DNA of 64,000 nt from the NCBI GenBank assembly GCA_005222975.1, contig NJBI01000004.1:32742-96741 (forward strand). The letters are read 5' to 3'. A program made the translations under genes and the position numbers. Below the pieces are notes generated by a model that did not search any database, had not been told where the DNA came from, and worked only from the letters and a program-made list of their open reading frames with translations. The stretch is from Promethearchaeota archaeon Loki_b31. Lineage in GTDB: Archaea; Asgardarchaeota; Lokiarchaeia; Sigyniarchaeales; SOKP01. Shown in pieces: positions 1 to 9,009 of the stretch (position 1 is its first letter; each line of letters opens with the position of its first letter).

Positions 1-302
1 TGATAAACGAGCTAAATCCTATAAATTTGAATCCAAAATTAAAAAAAAATAAAAGTTCAAGAGGGGTTGATATAAAAAGGAAAAATCCCGGCGATACATT
101 AAACCGGCTAAGTGAAAAGATTTAAATACTGCGAAATAATTTCTATTCATAGAAAGATAAAATTCGAACAAAACGATTCTTTTGGATTTTAATCTATCAC
201 TAAGTTAGCTAGATCTGAAGTTTAAAATAAGCGTAAAAAAATAAAGATTAAGATAAGGATAAAATAAAAAACGAAATTGAAATGAGATAGGGAAAAAATA
301 AC

Positions 303-418
303 CGTGACTCCTGCGCCACCCTGGATTTTTGTCTTTTGGTAGTGCGTAAAGCACTCATCTAATACTCCCCCTATTTTGTTTCTGACCTTCTTATTAGGTC
401 GAGGCAGCAGGAGTCGTC
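303..418 (+). ncRNA. candidate structured small RNA (unclassified)
   Basis: GC-rich island in an ORF-free, AT-rich region. It has a 9-bp perfect closing stem, gactcctgc (306-314) with gcaggagtc (407-415), extendable by two G-U pairs. Internal hairpins are agtgc-gtaaa-gcact (341-355) and gacc-N9-ggtc (384-400). T5 follows at 419-423. Strand is uncertain because a T-run also follows on the minus strand. Confidence 0.25.
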
Positions 419-508
419 TTTTTCTTTCATTTTCTTTTCGTTGCTTAATAGGAAAAATAAAAACTATAAAACTTTTTCTTTAAATAACCTCTTTCGTAAC
501 ATATTAAC

Positions 509-1087
509 ATGAAAGAAGATACAGCAGTCGTGAAGATTAAGTTTTACGACCACGGGCTCGGAAGAGAGCAAGTTATTTACGGAGAGGTAAAAGCGAGCAA
601 GATAGATCGGTTCGAAACCAACGAAGATTCTTGGATTACATTGACCGACTCTAATAGATCGCTTATCGTACCTAAGATAGATGTCGCGTGCATAAGCGAG
701 TTCAAAGAACTCGGTGAGCTAGACGGTCATGAGAAAGAGTTAAATATTGCTTTTGAGTTTAACGGACCCCAACACTATAAATTGAGCCATTGGATGGAGG
801 TATACGGATTAAGCGAAAGCGTTGCGAGAAAAAGGTTTTATATTCAAATTATTAACGATCTTAACAAACTAAGGGAATGTCAAAAGAAAGATACGGTATT
901 AATCGTTCTATCCTCTTTGGATAATCCTAGTGACTGGCAAGACATCATAGTTCATCAATACGAACTTTGGACGGGTAAAAAAGCTCCAGTAAAACACCCA
1001 TTAGATTACGAAAGTGTCCTTAAATTGATATCAGAAGAAGATATTGGAACCTTGAAGATTAAATTTTTAAAAAATTTCTCCGGTTAA
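509..1087 (+). CDS. hypothetical protein with C-terminal restriction-endonuclease-like (PD-(D/E)XK-type) core
   Basis: 192-aa ORF. The motif string ELDGHEKELNIAFEFNGPQHY ... INDLNKLRECQKKDTVLIVL resembles the ELDGY..L.[IL]AFEY.G.QHY ... D..K family of endonuclease-fold proteins. The N-terminal 70 aa are unassignable. Confidence 0.5.
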   Translation: MKEDTAVVKIKFYDHGLGREQVIYGEVKASKIDRFETNEDSWITLTDSNRSLIVPKIDVACISEFKELGELDGHEKELNIAFEFNGPQHYKLSHWMEVYGLSESVARKRFYIQIINDLNKLRECQKKDTVLIVLSSLDNPSDWQDIIVHQYELWTGKKAPVKHPLDYESVLKLISEEDIGTLKIKFLKNFSG

Positions 1088-1167
1088 TTTTAAATTAAGT
1101 TAGTCTTATATTTATATGAGAATACTTAATAACATATTAAACAGAACTTAAGCGAGCGCATATTACT

Positions 1168-1452
1168 ATGGATGAAATTAAAAGGATCAAAAATATTAAT
1201 ATAGATGAAATCAAACGGATGGCTAAGTTTGTTAATGATAATTACCTGACGGACTGCATTGGTAATAAGGAGAATTGTTTTTGCAAAGTTTTCTACGACA
1301 ACAGAATTTTATTCTGCGAATTTCCTGCTTATTGTGCTCGTTTATTAATTAATAAGGAAAATGGATTGCTCAACGAACTGGTTGATGAAATATGCGAAGA
1401 GAGAAGGGAAGAAGCGATATATTGGAATTTTGTTAAGAGAGATCAGGAATAA
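1168..1452 (+). CDS. hypothetical small Cys-rich protein
   Basis: 94-aa ORF with six Cys (CIGNKENCFC, CEFPAYC, C near the C-terminus). No recognisable family. Confidence 0.4.
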   Translation: MDEIKRIKNINIDEIKRMAKFVNDNYLTDCIGNKENCFCKVFYDNRILFCEFPAYCARLLINKENGLLNELVDEICEERREEAIYWNFVKRDQE

Positions 1453-1573
1453 ACAGAATAAAAAAAAAAATTAAATATTTTTTAACTCATTGTCGTACAA
1501 TCATTCGACTTTAATTCTACAATAATTTCATTGCCAAAGTCATGTCGTTGACGGTAAGTATAAAGATTTAAAG

Positions 1574-1768
1574 TTAAATACTAAAAATTTTCTTTCTGCC
1601 GGCATGTCGAGTCATTTCTAATGCTTTATTTGTTACTCCTCTAGCAGCTTTCTCTAAATAATCAATAAGAGCGTCTACTGCTTCACGAGCAACCATTTCA
1701 GCGCCGTTATCTTTCATTAACTTTCGAACTGGTGACCAGGCAAATACTTTTTTAGCCATTTTTTTCAT
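1574..1768 (-). CDS. archaeal histone (HMf-type histone fold)
   Basis: SPVRKLMKDNGAEMVAREAVDALIDYLEKAARGVTNKALEMTRHAGRKK matches the archaeal histone pattern (..P..R..K.AGA.R.S.DA...L...LE........A...A.HAGRKT). A GGAGG lies 9 nt upstream of the second ATG (1759), so the true start is probably MAKKVF. Confidence 0.8.
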   Translation of the reverse strand: MKKMAKKVFAWSPVRKLMKDNGAEMVAREAVDALIDYLEKAARGVTNKALEMTRHAGRKKIFSI

Positions 1769-2200
1769 TCCTCCACTTTTAACTTTTTAATATTTTTTTC
1801 TAAAGTTCACATTTTTCAATTTGAACCTTATTATATTATATATTTTCTTTTAAATATTTAAAACTTGCGTAATATTTTTGATAGGGTATGTTTCGGTTAA
1901 TAATTTCTTCCGATCGACAAAATTACGATGTTAGAGAAGAAAAGCGGGAGATACACTTCTGAGCCGTTAGATCAGAGATCTTTTTTTATTTTTGAAAATA
2001 TAGACGAGGCAGAATTAAGTATAGAGGAAATGAGCTAGCTTTGGTGAGAATGCTATTATTTGATATATTTTCTGGATAAAAGTTAATAATTTAAAAGACT
2101 TTGTTACCTTCTTAATTTTGATTACATAACACTTAATTGATTTAAAATTTTAAATATTAGATTCTCGAAAGTTATAACAAAAAAGTATTTATTTAAAAAA

Positions 2201-3886
2201 ATGTCAATTATAGAATTTTTAAAAGCTGATAAAAAAAGAGCTGGAGTGATTATATCCATAATAATACTTCTTATTGGAGTTGTCCCTCTAATAATTTTTA
2301 CATTTTTTGCGGACCCTGTTCATCCTTATACTATTACTCAAGAAACTTTAATTTCAGAAGACGGGACCGAAATACAAGCTTTAATTTACACTCCACTAAC
2401 CGCTTCAGGTAACATCCCGGGCGTAGTGTTAGCCCACGGTTATTGTGGGAGTAAAGGTTCCTTAAACAGTATAGGTATAGAACTTGTTAAACGCAATTTT
2501 CTCGTAGTCAACATAGATTTCAGAGGGCATGGAGCCAGCGGTGGATATTTATCGAGAGATCCTCATGGATACGAAAAATTAGAAATGGATGTAATGGCAG
2601 GAGTGCAGTACCTCAAGGATTCAGGTGTGGTAGATAGAATAGGATTAATGGGGCACTCAATGGGAGCAGGTACAGTCAGAAGAGTAGCAGAGAAAATTCC
2701 AAATCAGATTAACGCAACTGTATCAATGGGTAGTATACCATCCTCAGCAAATACAACGCTAATTCCTAATTTATTAGTTGCTCTAGGACAGTTTGAACAA
2801 GCTATGGTAGTAGATTCTGCTTTAGATTTCTTAGAATTATATACGGGTCAAACTGATGTAGCTTTTGATACTCTTTATGGAGATTTTACCGATGGAAATG
2901 CAACTAAAGTAGCACTAGGCCCATTTAGCGAGCATTTATACGAAAGAACGGATCCCGTAATTCATTTCGAGATTGTCAATTGGTTTGAACTAGCGTTTTA
3001 CGGTTCCGTAAGGTGGGAAATTGTTATAACAAGCATCTATCAAAATGCCTTCTATTATATTTCGATATTTGGTTCGGTTTGCCTATGTTTCGTTATTATA
3101 ATATATTTGACTAAATTTATTTGGAAAAATGGGACAATATACTCGCGGAAAGATTTGATAAAAAACACGTCAATAATTCCACTTATGTTATATTCCATTA
3201 TAATAGGAGTAATTGGTCTTTTGTCTTATCTGATATTATCCGATCTATTTGTCGATGTATTACCTGTTTCTGCGGGCGATCAGTTATTTGCGTTTAATTT
3301 TGGAACTGCTTTAGGGATTTTTATAGTTTATTCCTTACTCGTTCTTAGAAAAGAGAGAGTTGGTATCAAAAATCTCCCGATGAAGTTAAAAGAACTTACA
3401 TCAAATAATGCTACAAGTTCTTTGATTTACGGTATCATTACAGCAATATTACTAATAATAGGTATTACAAGCATTTCTTATTGGAGCCAATCTCCTGGCT
3501 GGCCTACTACACGAGAAATAGGAACGATTATAGGATTAACATTTATATTTTTTCCACTGTTGTTTATCAAAGAGTTCTATTTCAGAACGGTTCAAAGTAA
3601 ACTTATCTTTTCAAATAGATTTAAGGAATACTTTTCTATGGTATTTATCGGTATTTTTCTCGAAACCGTAGTGACTGTTCCACTAGCGCTTTTAACATGG
3701 GGATCTGCTAATTCTATGTTATCGTTTATATCTTTGTCGTTAACTGCAACATTCATTATGACAGTAATTCAACAGATTTTGGTGACTTGGGTTTATATGC
3801 ATTCGGGTAGAAATATTGTGGGCTCAACTGTTTTTCTATGCATTCTTTACTCGTGGATAATAATCAATTTCTTTCCATTTGCCTAA
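2201..3886 (+). CDS. membrane protein: N-terminal alpha/beta-hydrolase domain fused to a C-terminal polytopic CPBP (CAAX/Abi)-like domain
   Basis: N-terminal TM segment. Alpha/beta-hydrolase motifs HGYCGSKGS, DFRGHGASGG and nucleophile elbow GHSMGAG. The C-terminal half has multiple hydrophobic helices with KEFYFRT (EExxxR-like) and HSGRN (HxxxN), as in CPBP intramembrane proteases. Confidence 0.7.
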   Translation: MSIIEFLKADKKRAGVIISIIILLIGVVPLIIFTFFADPVHPYTITQETLISEDGTEIQALIYTPLTASGNIPGVVLAHGYCGSKGSLNSIGIELVKRNFLVVNIDFRGHGASGGYLSRDPHGYEKLEMDVMAGVQYLKDSGVVDRIGLMGHSMGAGTVRRVAEKIPNQINATVSMGSIPSSANTTLIPNLLVALGQFEQAMVVDSALDFLELYTGQTDVAFDTLYGDFTDGNATKVALGPFSEHLYERTDPVIHFEIVNWFELAFYGSVRWEIVITSIYQNAFYYISIFGSVCLCFVIIIYLTKFIWKNGTIYSRKDLIKNTSIIPLMLYSIIIGVIGLLSYLILSDLFVDVLPVSAGDQLFAFNFGTALGIFIVYSLLVLRKERVGIKNLPMKLKELTSNNATSSLIYGIITAILLIIGITSISYWSQSPGWPTTREIGTIIGLTFIFFPLLFIKEFYFRTVQSKLIFSNRFKEYFSMVFIGIFLETVVTVPLALLTWGSANSMLSFISLSLTATFIMTVIQQILVTWVYMHSGRNIVGSTVFLCILYSWIIINFFPFA

Positions 3887-3896
3887 AAATTAACTC

Positions 3897-3907
3897 TTTT
3901 TTTTTTT
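3897..3907 (+). terminator. oligo-T tract (T11), putative archaeal intrinsic terminator
   Basis: T11 run lies 11 nt downstream of the stop codon at 3886. Confidence 0.45.
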
Positions 3908-3982
3908 GTTTTCCAGATCTGATAAGTTTTATTACATCTGGTAATTTATTTTACACAATTAAATTATTTGACTTGAAATCTC

Positions 3983-5047
3983 ATGAAAAAAATCATTTCT
4001 GTATGCAGGGGGGACGGCGTAGGTCCTGAAGTTGTAAACGAAGGAGTGAAAGTCCTTAAAATCGTTTCGGGTTATACTGAGTTTGATTTTGAATTCAAAG
4101 AAGCACCAGCGGGAGGGGAAATATGGAAAAAATTTGGGAATAATCTTCCTGAACAATCGTTTGAAACAATTAAGAATTCCGATGCGTTATTATTTGGCGC
4201 CCTAGGATTGCCTGATTTACCTTTTGGAGTAGCAGAAAGTGCAATAATGAAGATTAGACAGGGGTTAGATTTATACATTAATTTAAGACCAATTAAACTA
4301 TACGACATACTTCGCGAGAGATGTCCATTGAAAGATGAATTTATAGGTAGCGGGATAGAAATCACTTTTGTAAGGGAAAATACTGAAGGGCTCTATAAAA
4401 ATATAGGGAGTTTAGACGAGGATTCTGCTCAGAATCTAATGCTTTACACTAGAAAAGGCTGTGAACGAATAATAAAGTATGCGTTTGAATATGCCAAAAA
4501 AAAGGGGCATAGCAAAATTACTTCTGTTGATAAAGCAAATCTTTTAAAGACAAGTCAATTGTGGCGCAAAATATTTCACGAAATAGGTGAAAACTATCCA
4601 AAAATCCAAAAAGAAGATATTTACATTGACGCGTATTGTCAATGGCTTATTCGAGCACCTTATAAATTTCAAACGGTTGTAACGGGAAACATGTTCGGAG
4701 ATATAATAAGTGACGAGGGAGCGTTTCTTATAGGAAGTCTGGGAATGGGCTCAAGTGGAAACATTCATCCCGGAAAAGTATCGATGTACGAGCCCATTCA
4801 CGGTTCTGCGCCCGATATCGCCGGAAAAGGCATAGCTAACCCTATTGGTACTATATTAAGCGTAAAATTAATGCTGCAGGAGTCGTTTAATTCACTTGAA
4901 ATAGGAAACGAAGTTGATAAAGCCGTAGAAGACGCCCTAAAGAGAGGGAGAACTGTAGACATAAAAAGCGAAAAATTAAAAACCCTCTCAACCGAGGAAA
5001 TGGGCGATTTAATCGCCGAACAATTAAAAAGTAGGTTGAAAAAGTAA
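3983..5047 (+). CDS. isopropylmalate/isocitrate/homoisocitrate dehydrogenase family protein
   Basis: Family motifs CRGDGVGPEV, FVRENTEGLY, NMFGDIISDEGA..GSLGM and YEPIHGSAPDIAGKGIANPIG. Substrate cannot be assigned from sequence alone. Confidence 0.9.
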   Translation: MKKIISVCRGDGVGPEVVNEGVKVLKIVSGYTEFDFEFKEAPAGGEIWKKFGNNLPEQSFETIKNSDALLFGALGLPDLPFGVAESAIMKIRQGLDLYINLRPIKLYDILRERCPLKDEFIGSGIEITFVRENTEGLYKNIGSLDEDSAQNLMLYTRKGCERIIKYAFEYAKKKGHSKITSVDKANLLKTSQLWRKIFHEIGENYPKIQKEDIYIDAYCQWLIRAPYKFQTVVTGNMFGDIISDEGAFLIGSLGMGSSGNIHPGKVSMYEPIHGSAPDIAGKGIANPIGTILSVKLMLQESFNSLEIGNEVDKAVEDALKRGRTVDIKSEKLKTLSTEEMGDLIAEQLKSRLKK

Positions 5048-5054
5048 TATATTA

Positions 5055-6611
5055 TTATTTTAAGTTTCTCGTGTTAACTATTGCATTTAACATGAGCTTA
5101 AGGTAATCGTATATTTTTTCTCTGTAATCAGAACCAATTTTGAGAAACACTATCGATACAACCTTTTCTTCTAAATCTTGGTCAATAACAAATTCTTCCA
5201 TTAATTGGGACCAGCTTTTGTCGTCAGAAACTCGAACTCCAACGATAATTGCTCGTTTTTTTCTAATTTTTTGAATAATTTGAATTAAAATCTCCTTCCA
5301 ATTAGGATCGATGTGTTCTTTATCTCTAGCGTCGAATATACAAAAAACACCGTCAGAATTAGAAAGGTTAAATTTATCGTAAAGATAACTACTTAAGATC
5401 ACTCCGTTCTTATAAGTGTATAATTTTTCTTCGCTACTATCTTTTATCTTAGAAAAATCGCCTAGTTTTTCGATATCCAATATAGTATGGAATCCAGGGT
5501 TCCAGCTCATGCTATAACTAATAAAAGTTAATTCCAATATAATCAACTCTTTTAAAGCGGAATAAATCGCTTCTATTAAACCATCTTTGATTCTATCCTT
5601 TTCCTTTTTTTTACTTTTTACGATATAATGATAAGCAATTAATTCAAATGCGTCCTTAACATTATTTCCCGTAAGTGCGCTCGTTTCTATATAGGAGGAG
5701 CCATTTTCAGACAATGATTTGGCTAATTCTTCTCCTTCTTCGGTAGAAATTAATCGTTGTTCGGTCAAATCGCTTTTGTTACCAATAACCACTATGGGAA
5801 TGTCTTTTTCTTCGATGAGTTTAGATATTTCTTTATACCAACTCTTTATATTTTCAAAAGATTCTCTTTTAGTAAGATCAAAAACGATAAAAGCAGCTTC
5901 TGCACCAGTGTAATATATCTTGCGAAAACGTTTAAAATATTGTTGGGCACCAATATCCCATAACTGAACACCTATCTCATTTCCTTGGAAATCAAAATTA
6001 TGTGCTAAAATATTTAGGCCAATCGTGGCTCTATAATCGTGTGAAAACTTGCGCTCTACAAATTGTCGAATCAATGATGTTTTTCCAACCGTATGATCAC
6101 CAACAATTACGAACTTAAAGGCATACTTACCACTTTCAATGAATTCCGATTGACATATTGATGCTTTTAACTTTTCATGTCTTACAGCTTCATTATCAAA
6201 ATCGGGAATTGCCAATTGTATTGAATCGCCCGCTTGGGCGTTCAGTATTTGAGCTGATTTCTCTGCTAAAAAGTACGTGTAAGGCGCGACTTTTTCAACT
6301 GACGCCATACTGTTAAAAATTATACTTAATATTCTCTCTTCGTCAATAGTAACAAAAAATAAACGGTACTCATCTGTGTCAAAAGCGGCAGTTCCAAATT
6401 TTTTGAAAGAGAAATCATTTCGTATCCTTTCTAAAATCGGGTTTATTAGTGTAGTTAAAACAGATACAATTTCGACATCAATATCTTTTCTTTTTTCTCC
6501 CGCAATAACTAACCCTTCGATGTCGGAGACGATAATCGCTTCTACATCTGCAAATCTTTCTAAAAAATTACCTAAAATCTCGTTAAAAAGTTGATTTCTG
6601 TTTATAAACAA
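5055..6611 (-). CDS. Roadblock/LC7 domain - Ras/Rab-like small GTPase - C-terminal degenerate G-like domain protein
   Basis: N-terminal EAIIVSDIEGLVIAG is roadblock-like. G1 GDHTVGKTS, G3 WDIGAQQ, G4 GNKSDL, G5 ETSALTG. The C-terminal 170 aa lacks a P-loop but has DGVFCIFDARD ... IIVGVRVSD. Confidence 0.85.
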   Translation of the reverse strand: MFINRNQLFNEILGNFLERFADVEAIIVSDIEGLVIAGEKRKDIDVEIVSVLTTLINPILERIRNDFSFKKFGTAAFDTDEYRLFFVTIDEERILSIIFNSMASVEKVAPYTYFLAEKSAQILNAQAGDSIQLAIPDFDNEAVRHEKLKASICQSEFIESGKYAFKFVIVGDHTVGKTSLIRQFVERKFSHDYRATIGLNILAHNFDFQGNEIGVQLWDIGAQQYFKRFRKIYYTGAEAAFIVFDLTKRESFENIKSWYKEISKLIEEKDIPIVVIGNKSDLTEQRLISTEEGEELAKSLSENGSSYIETSALTGNNVKDAFELIAYHYIVKSKKKEKDRIKDGLIEAIYSALKELIILELTFISYSMSWNPGFHTILDIEKLGDFSKIKDSSEEKLYTYKNGVILSSYLYDKFNLSNSDGVFCIFDARDKEHIDPNWKEILIQIIQKIRKKRAIIVGVRVSDDKSWSQLMEEFVIDQDLEEKVVSIVFLKIGSDYREKIYDYLKLMLNAIVNTRNLK

Positions 6612-6738
6612 TCGAATCTACCTTCAAATATGATTAATATTGAATGGAATTTGTATTTATCATAAATATAACATAACTTATTTTTAAAAGTAGCTATTTC
6701 AATTTATAAAATTTTAATTAGAATTATTGGAGAAAATT

Positions 6739-8304
6739 TTAGAGGTTTATGATGGTGTTAAACATTACTTCAAGTTGGTCGTAGATTTCTAAGCGATACT
6801 CGAAACCAATCTTAAAAAATAAAAGAGAGACCATTTTTTTTTCTAGATATTCGTTAACATTAAATTCTTCCATAATATTTGACCAATCACTCTGATCAGA
6901 TACTCTTACACCTATTAGTGCGACCTTATTTTCGCCAAGGTTTTGGATTATATTAACAACAACTTCTTTCCATTTTGGTTCGATATGCTTCCTATCTCGA
7001 GCGTCAAATATAACGAAAACTCCATCTGAATCTGTTACATCTAAATTGTCAAAAAGAAAGTTCTTTATTAACAAACCATTGGAATACTCGTATAATCTTT
7101 TTTCTTTGTCGTCGATTACTTTCTCACACTCGCACAATTTATTTACTTCGTTTAAGATTTGTAACCCTGGACTCCAAAACGGACTATCTGTTACAAACGA
7201 GATTATTAAATTTTTATTCTTATTTAAAATTGAATTAATTTGAACCATTAAACTTTCTTTTAACTTTTGTTCTTCTCTTTCTTTACTCTTCATTATATAA
7301 TGATATGCTATCAATCTGAACGCGTCTTCTATGTTTTCACCTGTTAAGGCGCTAGTTTCAATATATGAGATATCTCCACCAGTATATTCTTTTGAAAGCT
7401 CATCAACTAAAGCAACACCGTTTTCATATCGAACAATTCGCTGACCAGACAAATCTACCTTATTTCCTACGATTGTGATAGGAATATTCTTATTTCCTAG
7501 AAATTCATCTAGTTCTTTATACCAAATTTTCACATTATCAAATGATTCTCGATTGCATACATCAAAAACTATAAATGCAGCTTGTGCACCTACATAATAA
7601 GTCTTTCTGAAGCGTTTAAAGTATTCTTGTGCACCTACATCCCAAAGTGATAAAGATACCTCGTTTCCATAAAATTTAATTGAGTGAGATAACACATTAA
7701 GCCCTAATGTTGCCCGATAATCGAGAGTAAATTTATTTTCTACAAACCTTCTTATAATAGAAGTTTTTCCCACTGAACTATCGCCGATTATTATAAATTT
7801 AAATTTGTATATTCCTCCCGAATCTAAACGGAGTTGATATATTTGTTCTTTTATTCTACTAGTACTATCAGAAATATTAGATTCTATTTCAAAATTCGGT
7901 ATATTAACTTGAATTGAATCGCCTTCGTTTGCAAATATGATTTGAGCAGTTTTTTCTGCTAGAAAATAAGCATATGGGCTAATTTTATCAACAGAAGCTA
8001 AAATGTCTAAAACTACGCTAAGAGTGACATTCTCGTCTATAGAAATAAAGAGCAATCGATTTTTTTCGGTGTCAAAACTAGCTGATCCAAACTTTTTGAA
8101 GGCAAATTCTTCCCGTATTCTTTCTAAAAGTGGATTTATTAATGCGGTTAATACAGATACTAATTCCATATCAGTGCTTGCTTTTTTTTGACCAGCTATA
8201 ATAAAACCTTCGCGATCAGATACAATTAGAGCCTCTACATCTTCATTAATAAGCAGAAAGTTAGTAAGAAGTTCATTAAAAAGTCGTTTTTTGTTTAAAG
8301 ACAT
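6739..8304 (-). CDS. Roadblock/LC7 domain - Ras/Rab-like small GTPase - C-terminal degenerate G-like domain protein (paralog of 5055..6611)
   Basis: Colinear with its neighbour: EALIVSDREGFIIAG, G1 GDSSVGKTS, G3 WDVGAQE, G4 GNKVDL, G5 ETSALTG, and C-terminal DGVFVIFDARD ... ALIGVRVSD. Confidence 0.85.
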   Translation of the reverse strand: MSLNKKRLFNELLTNFLLINEDVEALIVSDREGFIIAGQKKASTDMELVSVLTALINPLLERIREEFAFKKFGSASFDTEKNRLLFISIDENVTLSVVLDILASVDKISPYAYFLAEKTAQIIFANEGDSIQVNIPNFEIESNISDSTSRIKEQIYQLRLDSGGIYKFKFIIIGDSSVGKTSIIRRFVENKFTLDYRATLGLNVLSHSIKFYGNEVSLSLWDVGAQEYFKRFRKTYYVGAQAAFIVFDVCNRESFDNVKIWYKELDEFLGNKNIPITIVGNKVDLSGQRIVRYENGVALVDELSKEYTGGDISYIETSALTGENIEDAFRLIAYHYIMKSKEREEQKLKESLMVQINSILNKNKNLIISFVTDSPFWSPGLQILNEVNKLCECEKVIDDKEKRLYEYSNGLLIKNFLFDNLDVTDSDGVFVIFDARDRKHIEPKWKEVVVNIIQNLGENKVALIGVRVSDQSDWSNIMEEFNVNEYLEKKMVSLLFFKIGFEYRLEIYDQLEVMFNTIINL

Positions 8305-8407
8305 GATGGGTTCAAGAATAATACGATTATATTAGATTGAATTATTAATAAAAACCTAGGTTTAAAAGTAATAATTTTATAATTTATTAAATAGTTTTCT
8401 GATAGAT

Positions 8408-8983
8408 ATGGCTACTTGTATTATTTGTCATTTGGATATTAGTGAAGGTGTAGATTCTTTCGAGGAGTGTCCTAACGGACATCCTACTCATACTGATTGC
8501 TTGAAAGAATGGTTACTTCACGCTTCAAACTGTCCTTTATGTAGAGAACCGTACTCGAATCACATTATTGAAGTCTTTAAAGATTTTATTCAGCAAAAAG
8601 AGCAAGAAAAACAAGAAGCTTTAGAAAACGAACTAAAGCAAGAAAAAGTCAAACAGATGGGGAAAATTGCTGAAAAAATGATATTTCTGAAATTCATTGA
8701 ATCTATTGAGGTATTAATGGATGCGAAAGAATACGAGTATGCTCTATCAAGGTTAGATTTACATGATAACGATACCACTTCAAATCAAAAAAGTCAAAAC
8801 CTTTTGTATTTAAAGGGAAAGATAAATTACTTGAAAGGTCGTTATGATATGGCAATTAACTTATTAACTAAATTAGTAAAAGAAAAGTATGACTACCCAG
8901 AAGGTTTCTTATATCTTGGAAAATCCTATGAAGCCTTAGGTTTAAAAGATCAGGCAAAATGGGCGTATGATAGAGTTAATTAA
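8408..8983 (+). CDS. RING-H2 zinc-finger protein with coiled-coil and TPR-like C-terminus
   Basis: CIIC-x13-C-x3-H-x2-H-x2-C-x11-CPLC (aa 4-45) fits C3H2C3 RING-H2 spacing. A Glu/Lys-rich helix follows, then TPR-like YLKGKINYLKGRYDMAINLL ... YLGKSYEALGLKDQA. Confidence 0.75.
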   Translation: MATCIICHLDISEGVDSFEECPNGHPTHTDCLKEWLLHASNCPLCREPYSNHIIEVFKDFIQQKEQEKQEALENELKQEKVKQMGKIAEKMIFLKFIESIEVLMDAKEYEYALSRLDLHDNDTTSNQKSQNLLYLKGKINYLKGRYDMAINLLTKLVKEKYDYPEGFLYLGKSYEALGLKDQAKWAYDRVN

Positions 8984-9009
8984 GTTTTGATTTTTACTAA
9001 TAATATAAA

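Noticed and set aside
303-418. tRNA, C/D-box or H/ACA interpretation of the GC-rich island
   Set aside because: It has no D-arm or T-arm (no GG..TTCRANN..CC), no RUGAUGA/CUGA box pairing and no ACA box on either strand. I kept it only as an unclassified candidate RNA.
3838-4365. Small ORFs 3838..4029, 3959..4156 and 4072..4365 around the dehydrogenase start
   Set aside because: They overlap the terminator region or the 5' end of the well-supported dehydrogenase gene in other frames or on the other strand, and have no motifs.
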